In this document: positions 1-10,228 of the stretch, one piece after another
How positions within the stretch are numbered: position 1 is the stretch's first letter
Layout of the letters: each line of letters starts with the position of its first letter
Virus record (IMG/VR): IMGVR_UViG_3300030042_000123
Location: 6,941 to 70,940 of that record
Length of the DNA: 64,000 bases
Direction: 5' to 3' (one strand)
Source: a virus
Notes under the pieces: model-generated
Databases searched by the model: none
What the model was told of the DNA's origin: nothing
Seen by the model: the letters and a program-made list of their open reading frames with translations, nothing else
Program-made: the position numbers and the translations under genes

Positions 1-270
1 GCTGGTAGCGATGAACGTGATCGCGGGAACGATCACTTCGTCCCCATCCTGATAGCCGTGGACTTCTTTGAGGGCCGCGAGCGCAACCTGTAGGGCACTG
101 GTGCCGCTATTCATAAAAATGCCGTGCTTTGACCCGTGCAAATCAGCAAACCCCTTCTCAAAGGCAAGAGTGTACTCACCCTTTGATAGGCGATTGTTAT
201 TTAGGGCATCGTTGACGTACTGCTTGCCCTTCGTACTGATGTCCAGATTTCCTAGAGTTATGGGCCTCAT
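1..270 (-). CDS. DegT/DnrJ/EryC1/StrS-family PLP-dependent sugar aminotransferase/dehydratase, N-terminal part (runs off window start)
   Basis: Not in ORF track. Manual translation from ATG at 270: MRPITLGNLDISTKGKQYVNDALNNNRLSKGEYTLAFEKGFADLHGSKHGIFMNSGTSALQVALAAL...GDEVIVPAITFIATS. NSGTSAL and GDEVIVPAxTFxAT are hallmark DegT motifs; ATGA overlap with the upstream stop. Confidence 0.9.
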   Translation of the reverse strand, partial: MRPITLGNLDISTKGKQYVNDALNNNRLSKGEYTLAFEKGFADLHGSKHGIFMNSGTSALQVALAALKEVHGYQDGDEVIVPAITFIATS

Positions 271-815
271 AGGTGGAAAAACTCCTTCGCGGTTACGGCG
301 TGTCGATCCCTATCCGACAAGATGGGGTGATCTTTTACAGGCCAGTCGATGCCGATAACAGGATCATCCCACAGGATTGCGTCATCGAATGCTTTATTGA
401 AATGCCCCGAGCACTTGTACTGCACCTCGGAGTAATCCTCTAAAGCACAGAAACCCCGAGCAATGTCCGCCTCACCCCAAAGCTGAAGTTTGTCCCCCTC
501 CTCCATAATGAGGCTGTAGTATTGTAGGAACGTGGGGGATTGTGGGTTAACATCAACCGTCACCATAAAAACTCTACCGCGTGGAACACGCATCAGCTTT
601 GCCATGGGTGGTGTAGACTGAAAGTGCAGCCCTCGAACTACGTCCTTCATGGAGCGGGAGTGGAGATCGCGGACAAACGGCGGGAGACCCATTTCTTTCA
701 TCTCGTCATCGAGGTAAGTGATGTTAAAAAAGCCGCGACTATCCTCAAAACAGGTTGAGGATATCAACTTCACACGCCCGCCAAACTTCTCGTCTTCTAC
801 CTTAAAGTGATTCAT
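267..815 (-). CDS. rmlC: dTDP-4-dehydrorhamnose 3,5-epimerase (RmlC/RfbC)-like cupin
   Basis: FEDSRGFF, VVRGLHFQ, KLMRVPRG..VTVD, ARGFCAL, VQYKC, I.WDDPVIGIDWP motifs. Confidence 0.88.
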   Translation of the reverse strand: MNHFKVEDEKFGGRVKLISSTCFEDSRGFFNITYLDDEMKEMGLPPFVRDLHSRSMKDVVRGLHFQSTPPMAKLMRVPRGRVFMVTVDVNPQSPTFLQYYSLIMEEGDKLQLWGEADIARGFCALEDYSEVQYKCSGHFNKAFDDAILWDDPVIGIDWPVKDHPILSDRDRHAVTAKEFFHL

Positions 816-1815
816 GTAGCCCCCTATGCCACGCGATTGTTCTCTTCAGACCCTCTTCCAGAGTGGTGTACTCGGTCTTTCCTAAGTCAGCCTCCATTAG
901 AGAGATGTCCATCCGAGGCAGGGCGTGAGAACCGGGCAGTTCCTTATCCTCCTCTGGAATTTGAATCGTTGACCCTGTAAGCCGAGCAACGATGGTTGCT
1001 AATTCGGCGATACTGGTTGTGGAACGCTCGCCAACGTTGTAAACGGGTTTTGTGCCGTGAAGGATAACCCTCCACAACATCGTCGCAACGTCTTTAGCGT
1101 AGCAGCATGTCCGCATCTCTTTACCTGAAAATTTCATCTCGATGTGATTGGCTGTTACTGCTTGATCGATAAATCCGCTTAGGGCTCGTTTGTCACCCTT
1201 ACGAGCGCCGAGGCCATAGGTCAGGTTGAGGCGGGCAGACGCCGCGTTAACACCGTTCTTACGGTAGGAGTGAGTAATTGCTTCGCCGCTCCGCTTTCCC
1301 TCAATGTAGCCCGCTCGTGGATGGTAGGGGGTGGTGGTTCCAATGTCTTCTTCCGTAGCGAACTCCTTGTGTAGACCGTGGTAAACTTCATTGGAACTCA
1401 CAAAAAGGAAACGACCCCCCGAGTTGAGGGATTCCAACAGCCGTTCTGTAACGGCTGTGTTTACAAGAATGGTCGCTGCGGGGTTAGCCATGAAAATCAT
1501 GGGTTGACCGTACCCCGCTGAGTGGATGATAACATCTGTTTGAGGCACCTTCATTGAATCGTGATAAAGATCGAACCCAGCAAGGGTCGCAAGCTCTTTG
1601 GTGTACGGCGCGGGTTCGCTGTGGTACTGTCCGAAACCCTCAATCTTGTACCCCTCCCGTTTGAGGACATAGAGAATCGTCAGGAGGTGCATACCGATTA
1701 ACCCCGTAGCCCCCGAAATAAAAACACGAGCGCCATCGAGTGGTTTATAATCAACCACGCTTAGAGCTTCTTCAGCATCATGAATTAAGAGGTTAAGCAT
1801 TTGAGTCGTTGTCAT
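802..1815 (-). CDS. NAD-dependent epimerase/dehydratase (extended SDR)
   Basis: GATGLIG Rossmann motif, SSNEVY, YIEGK (YxxxK), [13 protein letters not shown]. Start moved to ATG 1815 (ATGA overlap with gmd stop). Confidence 0.85.
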   Translation of the reverse strand: MTTTQMLNLLIHDAEEALSVVDYKPLDGARVFISGATGLIGMHLLTILYVLKREGYKIEGFGQYHSEPAPYTKELATLAGFDLYHDSMKVPQTDVIIHSAGYGQPMIFMANPAATILVNTAVTERLLESLNSGGRFLFVSSNEVYHGLHKEFATEEDIGTTTPYHPRAGYIEGKRSGEAITHSYRKNGVNAASARLNLTYGLGARKGDKRALSGFIDQAVTANHIEMKFSGKEMRTCCYAKDVATMLWRVILHGTKPVYNVGERSTTSIAELATIVARLTGSTIQIPEEDKELPGSHALPRMDISLMEADLGKTEYTTLEEGLKRTIAWHRGLHESL

Positions 1816-2810
1816 TGCCAGTCCCATTCGTAAGGATTTCCACCATTAGGCCCACATTCTCTGCGAGCGTCCGCCATGTCCGCGTCAACCATCATGCGGA
1901 CTAAATTTCGAAACTTCCACTGGGGTTCCCAACCCAGCATCCTTTTTGCCTTGGATGCATCCCCGAGTAGGATATCTACTTCTGTGGGGCGATAGTATTT
2001 CGGATCGATCCCCACGTACTTGTTCCAGTCCAGTCCCAGATATTCAAATGTCTCATCCAGAAACTCCCGCACCGTGTGTGTTTCTCCCGTGGCAATAACG
2101 AAATCCTCGGGGGTGGGTTGCTGTAGCATGAGCCACATGGCTTCCACGTAATCTTTAGCATATCCCCAGTCACGTTTAGCGTCAAGGTTTCCCAGCAAGA
2201 GTTCCTTTTGGAGTCCCACCTTGATCCTCGTCGCTGCTTTGGTAATCTTGCGCGATACGAAGGTTTCGCCACGCCGAGGAGACTCATGGTTGAACAGGAT
2301 GCCGTTGCAGGCAAACATGCCCATTTCACGATAGTTCACGGTCGTCCAAAATGCAAACTGCTTGGCAATACCGTAAGGACTCCGAGGATAGAATGGGGTC
2401 TTTTCAGTCTGCGGCACTTCCAGCACCTTTCCGAACAATTCACTGGACGATGCTTGATAAAATTTGGCCGTAGGGCACTGTGCCTTGATTGCTTCGAGAA
2501 GCCGTAGCGTCCCCAAAGCATCTACATCGGCAGTGTACTCGGGGATGTCGAAGCTAACGCGCACATGGCTCTGTGCTCCCAAGTTGTACACCTCATCGGG
2601 TTGAATTTCCCCCACCAACCGACTCAGGGCACTACCGTCAGTCAAATCGCAGTAGTGGAGGTGGAGACGATCAAAAATGTGGTCAATTCGTCCAGTGTTG
2701 AAACTGCTTGATCGACGAATGACACCGTGGACTTCGTAGCCCTTCTCCAGCAGAAGTTCCGCCAAGTATGAACCATCCTGCCCCGTTATTCCTGTAATTA
2801 GAGCCTTCAT
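1812..2810 (-). CDS. gmd: GDP-mannose 4,6-dehydratase
   Basis: [87 protein letters not shown]. Confidence 0.97.
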   Translation of the reverse strand: MKALITGITGQDGSYLAELLLEKGYEVHGVIRRSSSFNTGRIDHIFDRLHLHYCDLTDGSALSRLVGEIQPDEVYNLGAQSHVRVSFDIPEYTADVDALGTLRLLEAIKAQCPTAKFYQASSSELFGKVLEVPQTEKTPFYPRSPYGIAKQFAFWTTVNYREMGMFACNGILFNHESPRRGETFVSRKITKAATRIKVGLQKELLLGNLDAKRDWGYAKDYVEAMWLMLQQPTPEDFVIATGETHTVREFLDETFEYLGLDWNKYVGIDPKYYRPTEVDILLGDASKAKRMLGWEPQWKFRNLVRMMVDADMADARRECGPNGGNPYEWDWQ

Positions 2811-3577
2811 ATTTTAATCCACCCGTCAGGTATGATGTCTCGACTGTCTAAATCCTTTGCAGAAAACCATCGTTTAGGTGCCACGACGATTTTATCTGGG
2901 TTCGGATTCAGCCACGCACCCCACCAACTGAAAGAACTGTTCACGATCACGTTGTGACGACAGAGGGACATCAAGTGGAGGTCTTCAAACTTGCTTCCCG
3001 TTTCAATGACCGTCCCAGTCAGGTTATCCTCACACCATTTCGGGTCATCGGAAAAGATGAAGACCTTGGGGTTGGAAACCTTTTGTGAGATTGTACCAAT
3101 GGCTGCCGTGTAATACGTTGGTTCCACCATTCCATGAAATGCGAGCAATTGCAGATAGTCGCCTCGGCGTACATGGAGGGAGATGCTTTCACAGCTTTGA
3201 ATCTCCTTGGCAATTGCTTGAGCCTTTTCACTCAGCGAGGATTTCAGGGTCAATTCTTTACGAATTGAGTCTTCGATGTTTAGGAAATACTTTTCTGTTT
3301 GAAAATAGCCGTAGACGATGGTAGGTTCGGGGATGTTAAGCATTCTCTCGTCAAAGGGTAGTCCGCTCTCGTAGAGTGGCGCTGCCCCAATAGGCGGGGG
3401 GTTGTGGAGCTTGACGATAGTATTGAAACCGTCTAGAGAATAGATGCGGTGGTCCGTAACATTGACAACCTGTATGTTCGTGAGATAGACCTCGCGACCC
3501 TGCGCTGCGAGTGCTCTACTGTAGGCGTATTGGAAAAGCTGATTCCCCAACCCTCCCATTAAATTAACTGTCACCAT
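2807..3577 (-). CDS. GT11 alpha-1,2-fucosyltransferase-like glycosyltransferase
   Basis: [63 protein letters not shown]. Confidence 0.93.
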   Translation of the reverse strand: MVTVNLMGGLGNQLFQYAYSRALAAQGREVYLTNIQVVNVTDHRIYSLDGFNTIVKLHNPPPIGAAPLYESGLPFDERMLNIPEPTIVYGYFQTEKYFLNIEDSIRKELTLKSSLSEKAQAIAKEIQSCESISLHVRRGDYLQLLAFHGMVEPTYYTAAIGTISQKVSNPKVFIFSDDPKWCEDNLTGTVIETGSKFEDLHLMSLCRHNVIVNSSFSWWGAWLNPNPDKIVVAPKRWFSAKDLDSRDIIPDGWIKI

Positions 3578-4259
3578 GGATTTTCAACTCCTGAGCGTAG
3601 GTACGCATCATAGTAGGATCGCACGGATGAACGGCGATAAACTCGGAATTCCTCGGCATCGCGGCTACGCCTACGAATTTGCCAGCTATGGGATGATACC
3701 GCGTATCATGCTTTGGAATGATCCTAGCTTTACGCATCACCGACCCCACCCAGTGATCCTCTAATGTATTGTTTGGTTGCGCGGCTGCGACCAACCTAGC
3801 GGCCCTTGCGCTCAACCAGTACCCTAGTCCAGTCACGTAAAGGTTTTGAGGTGTATGAACGCTGGCGGAACCCACATAGTCGTAAGCCTCAAACCCGCTC
3901 TTCATCAGGCGATCCACCCAAACAAAGGTGTCATCATCAGTCTTGAAGATGAAATCGTATTGGCGCTCCCCTGACCATTGGCACACGCCTCTTGTCTTGT
4001 ACGGCAGGCTTTTGTAGTCATCTGGAACGTCCAAAAACACTTCATCGGGTAGCGGCTGTCGATTCGCTCCGCGCCCATAGAAGAACCTCACATCGACATT
4101 GGGGTAAGCTGCAAAATCCTTGACCCAAGTCTCACGGCACGCCGCGATCTGTACGTCTACGGGGATGGAATTGTGCTTCATCCTATTCGTCCAATCCCAG
4201 CCTTTACCCGGCATACCGACGTACCTATGGCAAGCCAAGATCGCTACCAGCACCTTCAT
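3564..4259 (-). CDS. GT31-like (Galactosyl_T) beta-1,3-glycosyltransferase
   Basis: RETW, DDYKSLPYKT, FIFKTDDDTFV, GLGYWLS, EDHWVG pattern typical of the Galactosyl_T fold. Confidence 0.75.
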   Translation of the reverse strand: MKVLVAILACHRYVGMPGKGWDWTNRMKHNSIPVDVQIAACRETWVKDFAAYPNVDVRFFYGRGANRQPLPDEVFLDVPDDYKSLPYKTRGVCQWSGERQYDFIFKTDDDTFVWVDRLMKSGFEAYDYVGSASVHTPQNLYVTGLGYWLSARAARLVAAAQPNNTLEDHWVGSVMRKARIIPKHDTRYHPIAGKFVGVAAMPRNSEFIAVHPCDPTMMRTYAQELKIHGDS

Positions 4260-4963
4260 GGCAAATTCCTCTGTTCAAATGGCTGCACCCCGTTCACGGC
4301 CGGGCGGTTGGGCGTACCCTTGGGGACACGCCAGATTTTGATGTCAGGAGTTTTAGTCCAGTTGTTGTACGGCAAGTCCAATTCCTTCGTCGGCGGGAAT
4401 TCGTAGAAATAGCGATTGATGTGCGACTCATCATGCCATGTGGCGATAAAGTTGTTGGCGGTGTCGATATCGATCCTCTTGCTGATCGTTTCCGCCATGC
4501 TCAAGATTTTCTCAGTTGGTCCGCCCCAGAAACCGCCAATGTACATCTTACGGATGTCCCTCTTACTGAGGTAGGCGGTGGACTTCGGGTTCTCCTCGGG
4601 AGTGCAGTAACGCCCCTTGCTCAATTCGAACGAGGCGTGTACGCAAGCCGTGATGCCGTCAGAGAGGACTTCCGCCGCAGCTATCGGGCTCATCATGTTC
4701 ATGCACACGTCCATGTAGAAAACGTACTTGTACTGGGACAGCCATTCCCGCTGGCTCAATATGGTATGGAATCGCATCAGTGTGGCGTTCGGCCATCCGG
4801 GATGCGGGTGCATCACCTGCTTGGCGACGGGAAACTGCTGAGGATTGTCCGTGAACAGAAGGATGTCGGCGGGAAAGAACGCACGCACCGAATCGACCGC
4901 CGCTTGGGTAAATTTCCAGTAGGCGGTGCCTGTACAGATGATTACGAGTGCTACGTCGCTCAC
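4256..4963 (-). CDS. GT6 (ABO/alpha-1,3-Gal/GalNAc transferase-like) glycosyltransferase
   Basis: ICTGTAY, LFTD, WPNATLMRF, YMDVC, YIGGFWGG, ATWHDESHINRYF (GT6 WHDESHLN motif). Confidence 0.9.
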   Translation of the reverse strand: MSDVALVIICTGTAYWKFTQAAVDSVRAFFPADILLFTDNPQQFPVAKQVMHPHPGWPNATLMRFHTILSQREWLSQYKYVFYMDVCMNMMSPIAAAEVLSDGITACVHASFELSKGRYCTPEENPKSTAYLSKRDIRKMYIGGFWGGPTEKILSMAETISKRIDIDTANNFIATWHDESHINRYFYEFPPTKELDLPYNNWTKTPDIKIWRVPKGTPNRPAVNGVQPFEQRNLP

Positions 4964-5397
4964 GGCGTGACTCCCATACTAATCGGTTTGAGATACTGAA
5001 TGGCTTTCGCAAGCAACTCGGGGGAGATTTTCAGCTTCTTCAGTCCCTCCATGCAGTCGGCACACAACAGCCCATGGACCCGCCCATCGCGGAAATCCAC
5101 CAAAGTCTTCCTGTTATACAATACCAACGCCAAGTCACAGATCGGGCACTTTTTATCCTGAGCCCGCCAAAGGTCGAGGTACTGACCCGGGTGCATGTGG
5201 TATTCGCGTTCGAGGAAGGCGTCATAGGTGTGAACTTTCGTCCAAAACGTCCCACAATAGGTGTTGTGGCAGGTGCGGCAGTAGTAGGAGCGGCCACTGG
5301 CGGTGCGTTTGTTGAGGCCAAAAGCCGACAAGACGAGCCACTTTTCACACTTCCGACACCATTTTGTTTTGTCGTTGAAGAGTCTTTTACGCCCCAC
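4960..5397 (-). CDS. Endonuclease VII-like homing endonuclease
   Basis: CRKC..CRTC zinc motifs then AQDKKCPIC...VHGLLCADC. Likely start is GTG 5397; the longer track ORF overlaps the adjacent HNH gene. Confidence 0.75.
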   Translation of the reverse strand: MGRKRLFNDKTKWCRKCEKWLVLSAFGLNKRTASGRSYYCRTCHNTYCGTFWTKVHTYDAFLEREYHMHPGQYLDLWRAQDKKCPICDLALVLYNRKTLVDFRDGRVHGLLCADCMEGLKKLKISPELLAKAIQYLKPISMGVTP

Positions 5398-5998
5398 TCG
5401 ATGCCCCCTCTGTTTTCGGCTCCATGCAGGACGCACATCGAGATTGCTTGCCGTTTGGCATACTAGCCTTATTTCCAAACATGTCGGGAACAAGCCACTG
5501 GCAACACCCGTTACACCAAATTGTTTGACCGTTAATTTTGCTGTAAGTCCCATCCGTGGCAACCCGATTTCGTCCACAATACGTGTCGGTTTGAGTGTGA
5601 CAGTTGGGGCAAATTTTCTGTAGGTTTTCTCGGCGACAATCACCGCCATCGCCGTTTTTATGGTCAATTTGAAACCGTAAGGGTCTACCATTCCAAATTG
5701 TCCCCTGTCCGCAGAGCATACAAGTGTCTGGTGTCTGTTTGTAAAACCGATTCTTAGCCGCCCATACGTGCTTAGAGTCTTGGCAAAAAACCTCCGCATC
5801 ACTTAATTTACGACGACTTCGCCACTCACCTGTGAAATGATCTGTACTAAGCCCCAATTGTACGACCCATTTCTTCAAATTTGCCCCGTTATTGGCCTTT
5901 AACCCCAAAGCAAGGCACGCTCCCGTCCACGACTTTGCCTGTCGAACAGCTAGTGGGAGGTCTTCGAGTTTCCACTTTTTCGGTGTTTTTGGGGTCAT
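5387..5998 (-). CDS. HNH homing endonuclease
   Basis: CMLCG...LRFQIDHKNGDGGDCRRENLQKICPNCH. Confidence 0.85.
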   Translation of the reverse strand: MTPKTPKKWKLEDLPLAVRQAKSWTGACLALGLKANNGANLKKWVVQLGLSTDHFTGEWRSRRKLSDAEVFCQDSKHVWAAKNRFYKQTPDTCMLCGQGTIWNGRPLRFQIDHKNGDGGDCRRENLQKICPNCHTQTDTYCGRNRVATDGTYSKINGQTIWCNGCCQWLVPDMFGNKASMPNGKQSRCASCMEPKTEGASSGA

Positions 5999-6120
5999 AT
6001 CAGGTAATACCGCAATCCTCCTATTATTGACTCCTAAATAGAGAGTTTGCTAGTTAACAGATTTTATTCGCTACCAAACCCATTGGATGTAGAGGATATT
6101 TCCTCCAAGGAACACTCACC

Positions 6121-8595
6121 ATGGGCGTACCAACAATCGGTCCAATTTTTACACTGACTCAGGTTGCCGCATCAGTTCTCCCCTATCCCGGGGCGACCAC
6201 TGGCACCACAGTCTACACAGGAACCATCACTGGCGGGGCAGCCACGGCATCGCAGCCGAACGGCGCTTACGCAGGCAAGGCTTTCAACATCACTGGCTTC
6301 GCCGCCCTCAATAACAACGGCGAATTCGTGTGCGTGCAGTCCTCCGCGACCACCCTTACCCTCAACAACCGCTACAGCACCGCTGTAGTTGCCGCAGGGC
6401 AGGCTCAGATATCCGTTGGGTACGGCAATCCTTCGCAGTACGCCTCCAAGGTCGAGAAACTCCAGTCCAGCAACCAAGGCGATAACGTCTACGTGAGCCC
6501 GCAGGCTGGCGATACCCTCATTGCCATCGCATTCGGCCTCAAGAGCCTCGATCCATTCGATCAGCTTCATGGCGCATCCCCGAGTTTCGGCTACCTTCAG
6601 GGCTTGAACGACTTCATGCCCACGGCTCCGACAATCTCGGACACCTCGAACGGCGGCAATAGCCCCAATGCGGTCACCGCTGAGTTGGGCTCGGCGTCAG
6701 AGTATGCCATCCTCGCCTATGCGGGTATCACGAACACGGGCGCATCCGTAGTCTCTGGCGGCAACATCGGTTCTGCCCCGACAACTGGTCCTGAGGCGGG
6801 CTTCACGTTCGTTCCTCCAGCAGCAATTGATAATGCCAGCGCGGGTGCAGCACGCACTGCGGGCAATGCAGCATTCACCTATTACAGTGGATTAACCCCC
6901 ACCCAGACTGGTCTCGCTAACCTCAGCACCAACAATGGTGGTGGTGGAGTAGGCGTCTACCACGCAGGTGTCTTCTCTGGCGGTACTTTGGACATCCCGA
7001 CTTCGATCACCCTCGATGCTCAGGGCAACCCGAACGCTTTGTTTGTGTTCATCGCAGCTTCGACTGTCACCCTTGAGAGCGGTGCATCTATCATCCTCGC
7101 AAACGGCGCACAAGCTGCGAACGTGGTCTGGGTCGTCGGAAGCTCCTTCACCTCTGTTTGGAATGGTATCTCATCGAACATGGTCGGCGTCATCCTCGCC
7201 TATACATCCATCACCCTTGGCGGCGGCACCCTCAACGGGCGTGCTCTTGCCGTAGGTGGGGGCGACGGGGCGGTCACTATCGCGTCGGCAACAGCTATCA
7301 CGACAACCGCTGGCACGGGCACCGCTATCGTCAACAACTGGGTGCTTTTGGCACACATCAACCTCGCGGACGCGGATTACAGCGGATACTCAATTCCTCC
7401 CGCTCCTAACTCCTCGTGGCCTGCCGCAGACTGGAGCCTCGACGGTTACTACCCGAGTCTCTACATCTGGGCTTGCTACTCCGCAAACGCAGGCACTTAC
7501 GCCGTGAACCTCAATTCCGTCTATCAGGACGGTGTGACGGCTCCACTTGATCTGGCGGCTGGTAAGCCAGTATTCGATGGCGGCATCAACTTCCAAGTCA
7601 TTGACTGGACGAACATGACGGGCGTATCGTTGGATGGGGTTTCAGTCGGCCTATCATCCGCTAACCCTGCGGTTGCACCAGCTTTCCAAACAACGCAGGC
7701 CAATGATCTAATCATCGCGGTCGGTCTTCAGAAGAGCGCGAACGGCTTGGGCGCTGGTGAAGGCTCGGCAATCAATACCAGCGGGCAACTGGGATCGGCT
7801 GGAAGCTACTCGATCCTCGCTGGCAGCGGCATCACCAATACTGGTGTGACCGTGGTCACGGGCGGCGTAGTTGGCTCATCCCCGACCACGACCATCGTGC
7901 CGGGTGTTGCTGTGTGGACAGTGGACAACGCTGACGCTCCTGCGGCTCAGGTCGCTGCAACGTCCGCGTACAACTACTTCGCTGGACTGCCTGCAACGGT
8001 ACTCAGCGCATCGTCGGCCAACCTTTCGACTCTGGGCAACTTGGGCGCAAGCCGCTATTCCGCTGGCGTCTACTCTGCTGGTTCCTCGATGGACATCCCA
8101 ACGAGCATCACGCTGGATGCACAGGGTAACCCGAATGCGACCTTCGTGTTCATCGCTGGTTCAACGACCACACTTGAGAGCGGTGCATCCGTCCTCTTGG
8201 CTAACGGTGCCCAAGCTGGCAACGTTATCTGGATCGTGGGTAGTTCCTTCACGCAGGTGGGCGACAACAACACGATGGTCGGTACGATTATCGCTTACAC
8301 GTCGATCACGCTGGACGGTGGAACCCTCAATGGACGTGCGCTGGCTCGCAACGGATCGGTCACCATCGCCGCAGCCGAGGCCATCAACACGGCAAACGCT
8401 ACGGGTGCCGCAGGAATGAACATCATCTCCAACGGCAAGCTGGTGGGCTCTGAAGCTCACTACTTGGTCACCTACGAAATTGGGGGCAGCCCAGTCGCAG
8501 GTTCCCCGCCAGTCGGCACTGGCGAGGTAATCGGCTTCGCCAACCCACTCGGTTACGAGACTCTCGTAGCTGTGGTCGCCTTGCAACACAGCTAA
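6121..8595 (+). CDS. Putative virion protein with two DUF3494 (ice-binding-like) domains
   Basis: Two copies of LGSA..Y.ILA..GITNTG ... ITLDAQGNPNA.FVFIA.ST.TLESGAS..LANGAQA.NV.W.VGSS ... TSITL.GGTLNGRALA (about 6682-7305 and 7783-8390) inside a beta-rich carrier; no signal peptide. Confidence 0.85.
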   Translation: MGVPTIGPIFTLTQVAASVLPYPGATTGTTVYTGTITGGAATASQPNGAYAGKAFNITGFAALNNNGEFVCVQSSATTLTLNNRYSTAVVAAGQAQISVGYGNPSQYASKVEKLQSSNQGDNVYVSPQAGDTLIAIAFGLKSLDPFDQLHGASPSFGYLQGLNDFMPTAPTISDTSNGGNSPNAVTAELGSASEYAILAYAGITNTGASVVSGGNIGSAPTTGPEAGFTFVPPAAIDNASAGAARTAGNAAFTYYSGLTPTQTGLANLSTNNGGGGVGVYHAGVFSGGTLDIPTSITLDAQGNPNALFVFIAASTVTLESGASIILANGAQAANVVWVVGSSFTSVWNGISSNMVGVILAYTSITLGGGTLNGRALAVGGGDGAVTIASATAITTTAGTGTAIVNNWVLLAHINLADADYSGYSIPPAPNSSWPAADWSLDGYYPSLYIWACYSANAGTYAVNLNSVYQDGVTAPLDLAAGKPVFDGGINFQVIDWTNMTGVSLDGVSVGLSSANPAVAPAFQTTQANDLIIAVGLQKSANGLGAGEGSAINTSGQLGSAGSYSILAGSGITNTGVTVVTGGVVGSSPTTTIVPGVAVWTVDNADAPAAQVAATSAYNYFAGLPATVLSASSANLSTLGNLGASRYSAGVYSAGSSMDIPTSITLDAQGNPNATFVFIAGSTTTLESGASVLLANGAQAGNVIWIVGSSFTQVGDNNTMVGTIIAYTSITLDGGTLNGRALARNGSVTIAAAEAINTANATGAAGMNIISNGKLVGSEAHYLVTYEIGGSPVAGSPPVGTGEVIGFANPLGYETLVAVVALQHS

Positions 8596-8613
8596 GTCGC
8601 TGGTCAGACTCAT

Positions 8614-8644
8614 CGGGCTCCTCTCGGGGAGCCCGTTTTATTTT
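8614..8644 (+). terminator. Rho-independent terminator
   Basis: CGGGCTCC-tctcgg-GGAGCCCG followed by TTTTATTTT. Confidence 0.85.
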
Positions 8645-8687
8645 GGAAAAACCTCAAAAAATTACGTGGGGTTTAGTATTATAACAC

Positions 8688-9293
8688 ATGGTCGGTGTTT
8701 ACTGCTGGGTAAATGTTGAAAACGGAAAGGTTTACATCGGGTCAACAACCGATGTGATTCGGCGGAAATATCACCACACCCGTCTTTTGAAAGTCCAAAA
8801 ACACCCCAATGTGCACCTTCAAGCCGCTTGGCTCAGATATGGGGCCAACGCTTTTGAGTTCGAACTTCTAGAACAAGTCGATGATCTTGTATGGCTTCGT
8901 GCCCGAGAACAGGCTTGGATCACCCGGCTTCAAGCGTGTGATCGAGAATTCGGTTACAACGTCACCAGTGACGCATGGGCACCCGTAACCTCGCCTGAGA
9001 CCATCGCCAAGATGAAGAAGGCTTGGATCGCACGAAAGGCTCGTGGGGACTACTACAAATTCACGACGGCGGATACTGTGAAAGGCAAGGCGGCTTCTGG
9101 CAAGAAAAACAAGGCTCGCTGGCAAGACCCTAAAATCAGAGCCGAAATGCAAGAAGCACAAAAGGCTGGTTGGACACCCGAGGTCCGAGCCGCACAAGCA
9201 AAACGTTTTGAACAACAAATCCTGAAAGACCCTACAATGCTCAGTCGAGGCGGCATCAAAGGCTCCGCTGTGCGTTGGGGAAAGGTGAACTAA
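8688..9293 (+). CDS. GIY-YIG homing endonuclease
   Basis: GVYCWVNVENGKVYIGST...R...H...HPNVHLQAAW..YG...FEFELLE...E.....FGYN. Confidence 0.88.
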   Translation: MVGVYCWVNVENGKVYIGSTTDVIRRKYHHTRLLKVQKHPNVHLQAAWLRYGANAFEFELLEQVDDLVWLRAREQAWITRLQACDREFGYNVTSDAWAPVTSPETIAKMKKAWIARKARGDYYKFTTADTVKGKAASGKKNKARWQDPKIRAEMQEAQKAGWTPEVRAAQAKRFEQQILKDPTMLSRGGIKGSAVRWGKVN

Positions 9294-9342
9294 AATTTCG
9301 GAAAACACGCCCTACTTCGACTCCATCACTTCTGCCCGCGCA

Positions 9343-10038
9343 ATGCTCCTAACCGATGAAGAGGCCCTCGAAGGGCAGACCCTTCTCAGTGCAGAGAGCG
9401 ACCCCAAGAAGAAAGAGGACCAGAAAATCCTCACCTACATTCAGGAGAATTTCCCAATGTTCCTGAAGATTTTACGTCTTCTGAAGAAGGAGGATCAGGA
9501 ACTCCTGCTGAGCTACTACCTGCTGAGCAAGACCCAAAACACACTGGCGATCATCCACCGCAGCACGCAGACGGTCTGCTCCTTCCGCATCCGCATGGCG
9601 GTCAAGGTGCTATGCGCGTTCATCCTGTATGGGGAGGAGTTCACCGAGGAGAAGATGAAGAACGTGTTGGTGCAGTCGAAACTTGAGAACAGCATCAAGA
9701 GCGTGCCCCTGAGCACGATCATTGACCTGTACATCAAAACCCGGAGCTTCCAGCGTGTTGCCGAAATTCACAAGCTCCACCGCCCTGACATCCGCCGTGC
9801 GATGAGTCGGTCAAGCAAGCAACTGCTGGAATCCAAAGACCCTGAAGAGAAGGCGTTGGGAGCGTTCATCCATTCTCTCATTGATAAAGCCAACCCAAGC
9901 GGCACGGGATTCTCGAAGCGGAAGGTTCAAAAATTGGGGAATATTTACCGAACCGATCCCGCAATCCTTGGGGACTTCCGAGTGAAAATCACAGACCCCG
10001 ATTTTGACCACATGTTCGTAAGTCGGGCAAATCGGTAG
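9343..10038 (+). CDS. Putative DNA-binding protein with tandem sigma-region-4-like HTH motifs
   Basis: LKKEDQELLLSYYLLSKTQNTLAIIHRSTQTVCSFRIRMAVKVL and RSFQRVAEIHKLHRPDIRRAMSRSSKQL resemble region-4-type HTHs. Confidence 0.55.
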   Translation: MLLTDEEALEGQTLLSAESDPKKKEDQKILTYIQENFPMFLKILRLLKKEDQELLLSYYLLSKTQNTLAIIHRSTQTVCSFRIRMAVKVLCAFILYGEEFTEEKMKNVLVQSKLENSIKSVPLSTIIDLYIKTRSFQRVAEIHKLHRPDIRRAMSRSSKQLLESKDPEEKALGAFIHSLIDKANPSGTGFSKRKVQKLGNIYRTDPAILGDFRVKITDPDFDHMFVSRANR

Positions 10039-10049
10039 TATTAAACAGT

Positions 10050-10205
10050 ATGGCGATTCGAAAGTGGCACACGACCGAGGTCAAGGACAACGATCTGGAA
10101 GACAGACTCAACAGCCTTCAAAGCCAAAGCTACACGATCTTCTCGGTAGTCAAGTCAGGACGTGGCGGCTTCAGCGAGTATTTCATGATCGTCTATTACG
10201 AATAA
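10050..10205 (+). CDS. Small hypothetical protein (51 aa), probably leaderless
   Basis: MAIRKWHTTEVKDNDLEDRLNSLQSQSYTIFSVVKSGRGGFSEYFMIVYYE; GTATTAA lies 5 nt upstream of ATG; fills the gap exactly. Confidence 0.65.
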   Translation: MAIRKWHTTEVKDNDLEDRLNSLQSQSYTIFSVVKSGRGGFSEYFMIVYYE

Positions 10206-10228
10206 GGAATTACGAATAAGGAGTAGGT

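Noticed and set aside
5398-5802. N-terminal extension of the 280-aa track ORF 4960-5802
   Set aside because: It overlaps the HNH gene in another frame; the EndoVII domain begins at GTG 5397 with a purine-rich RBS.
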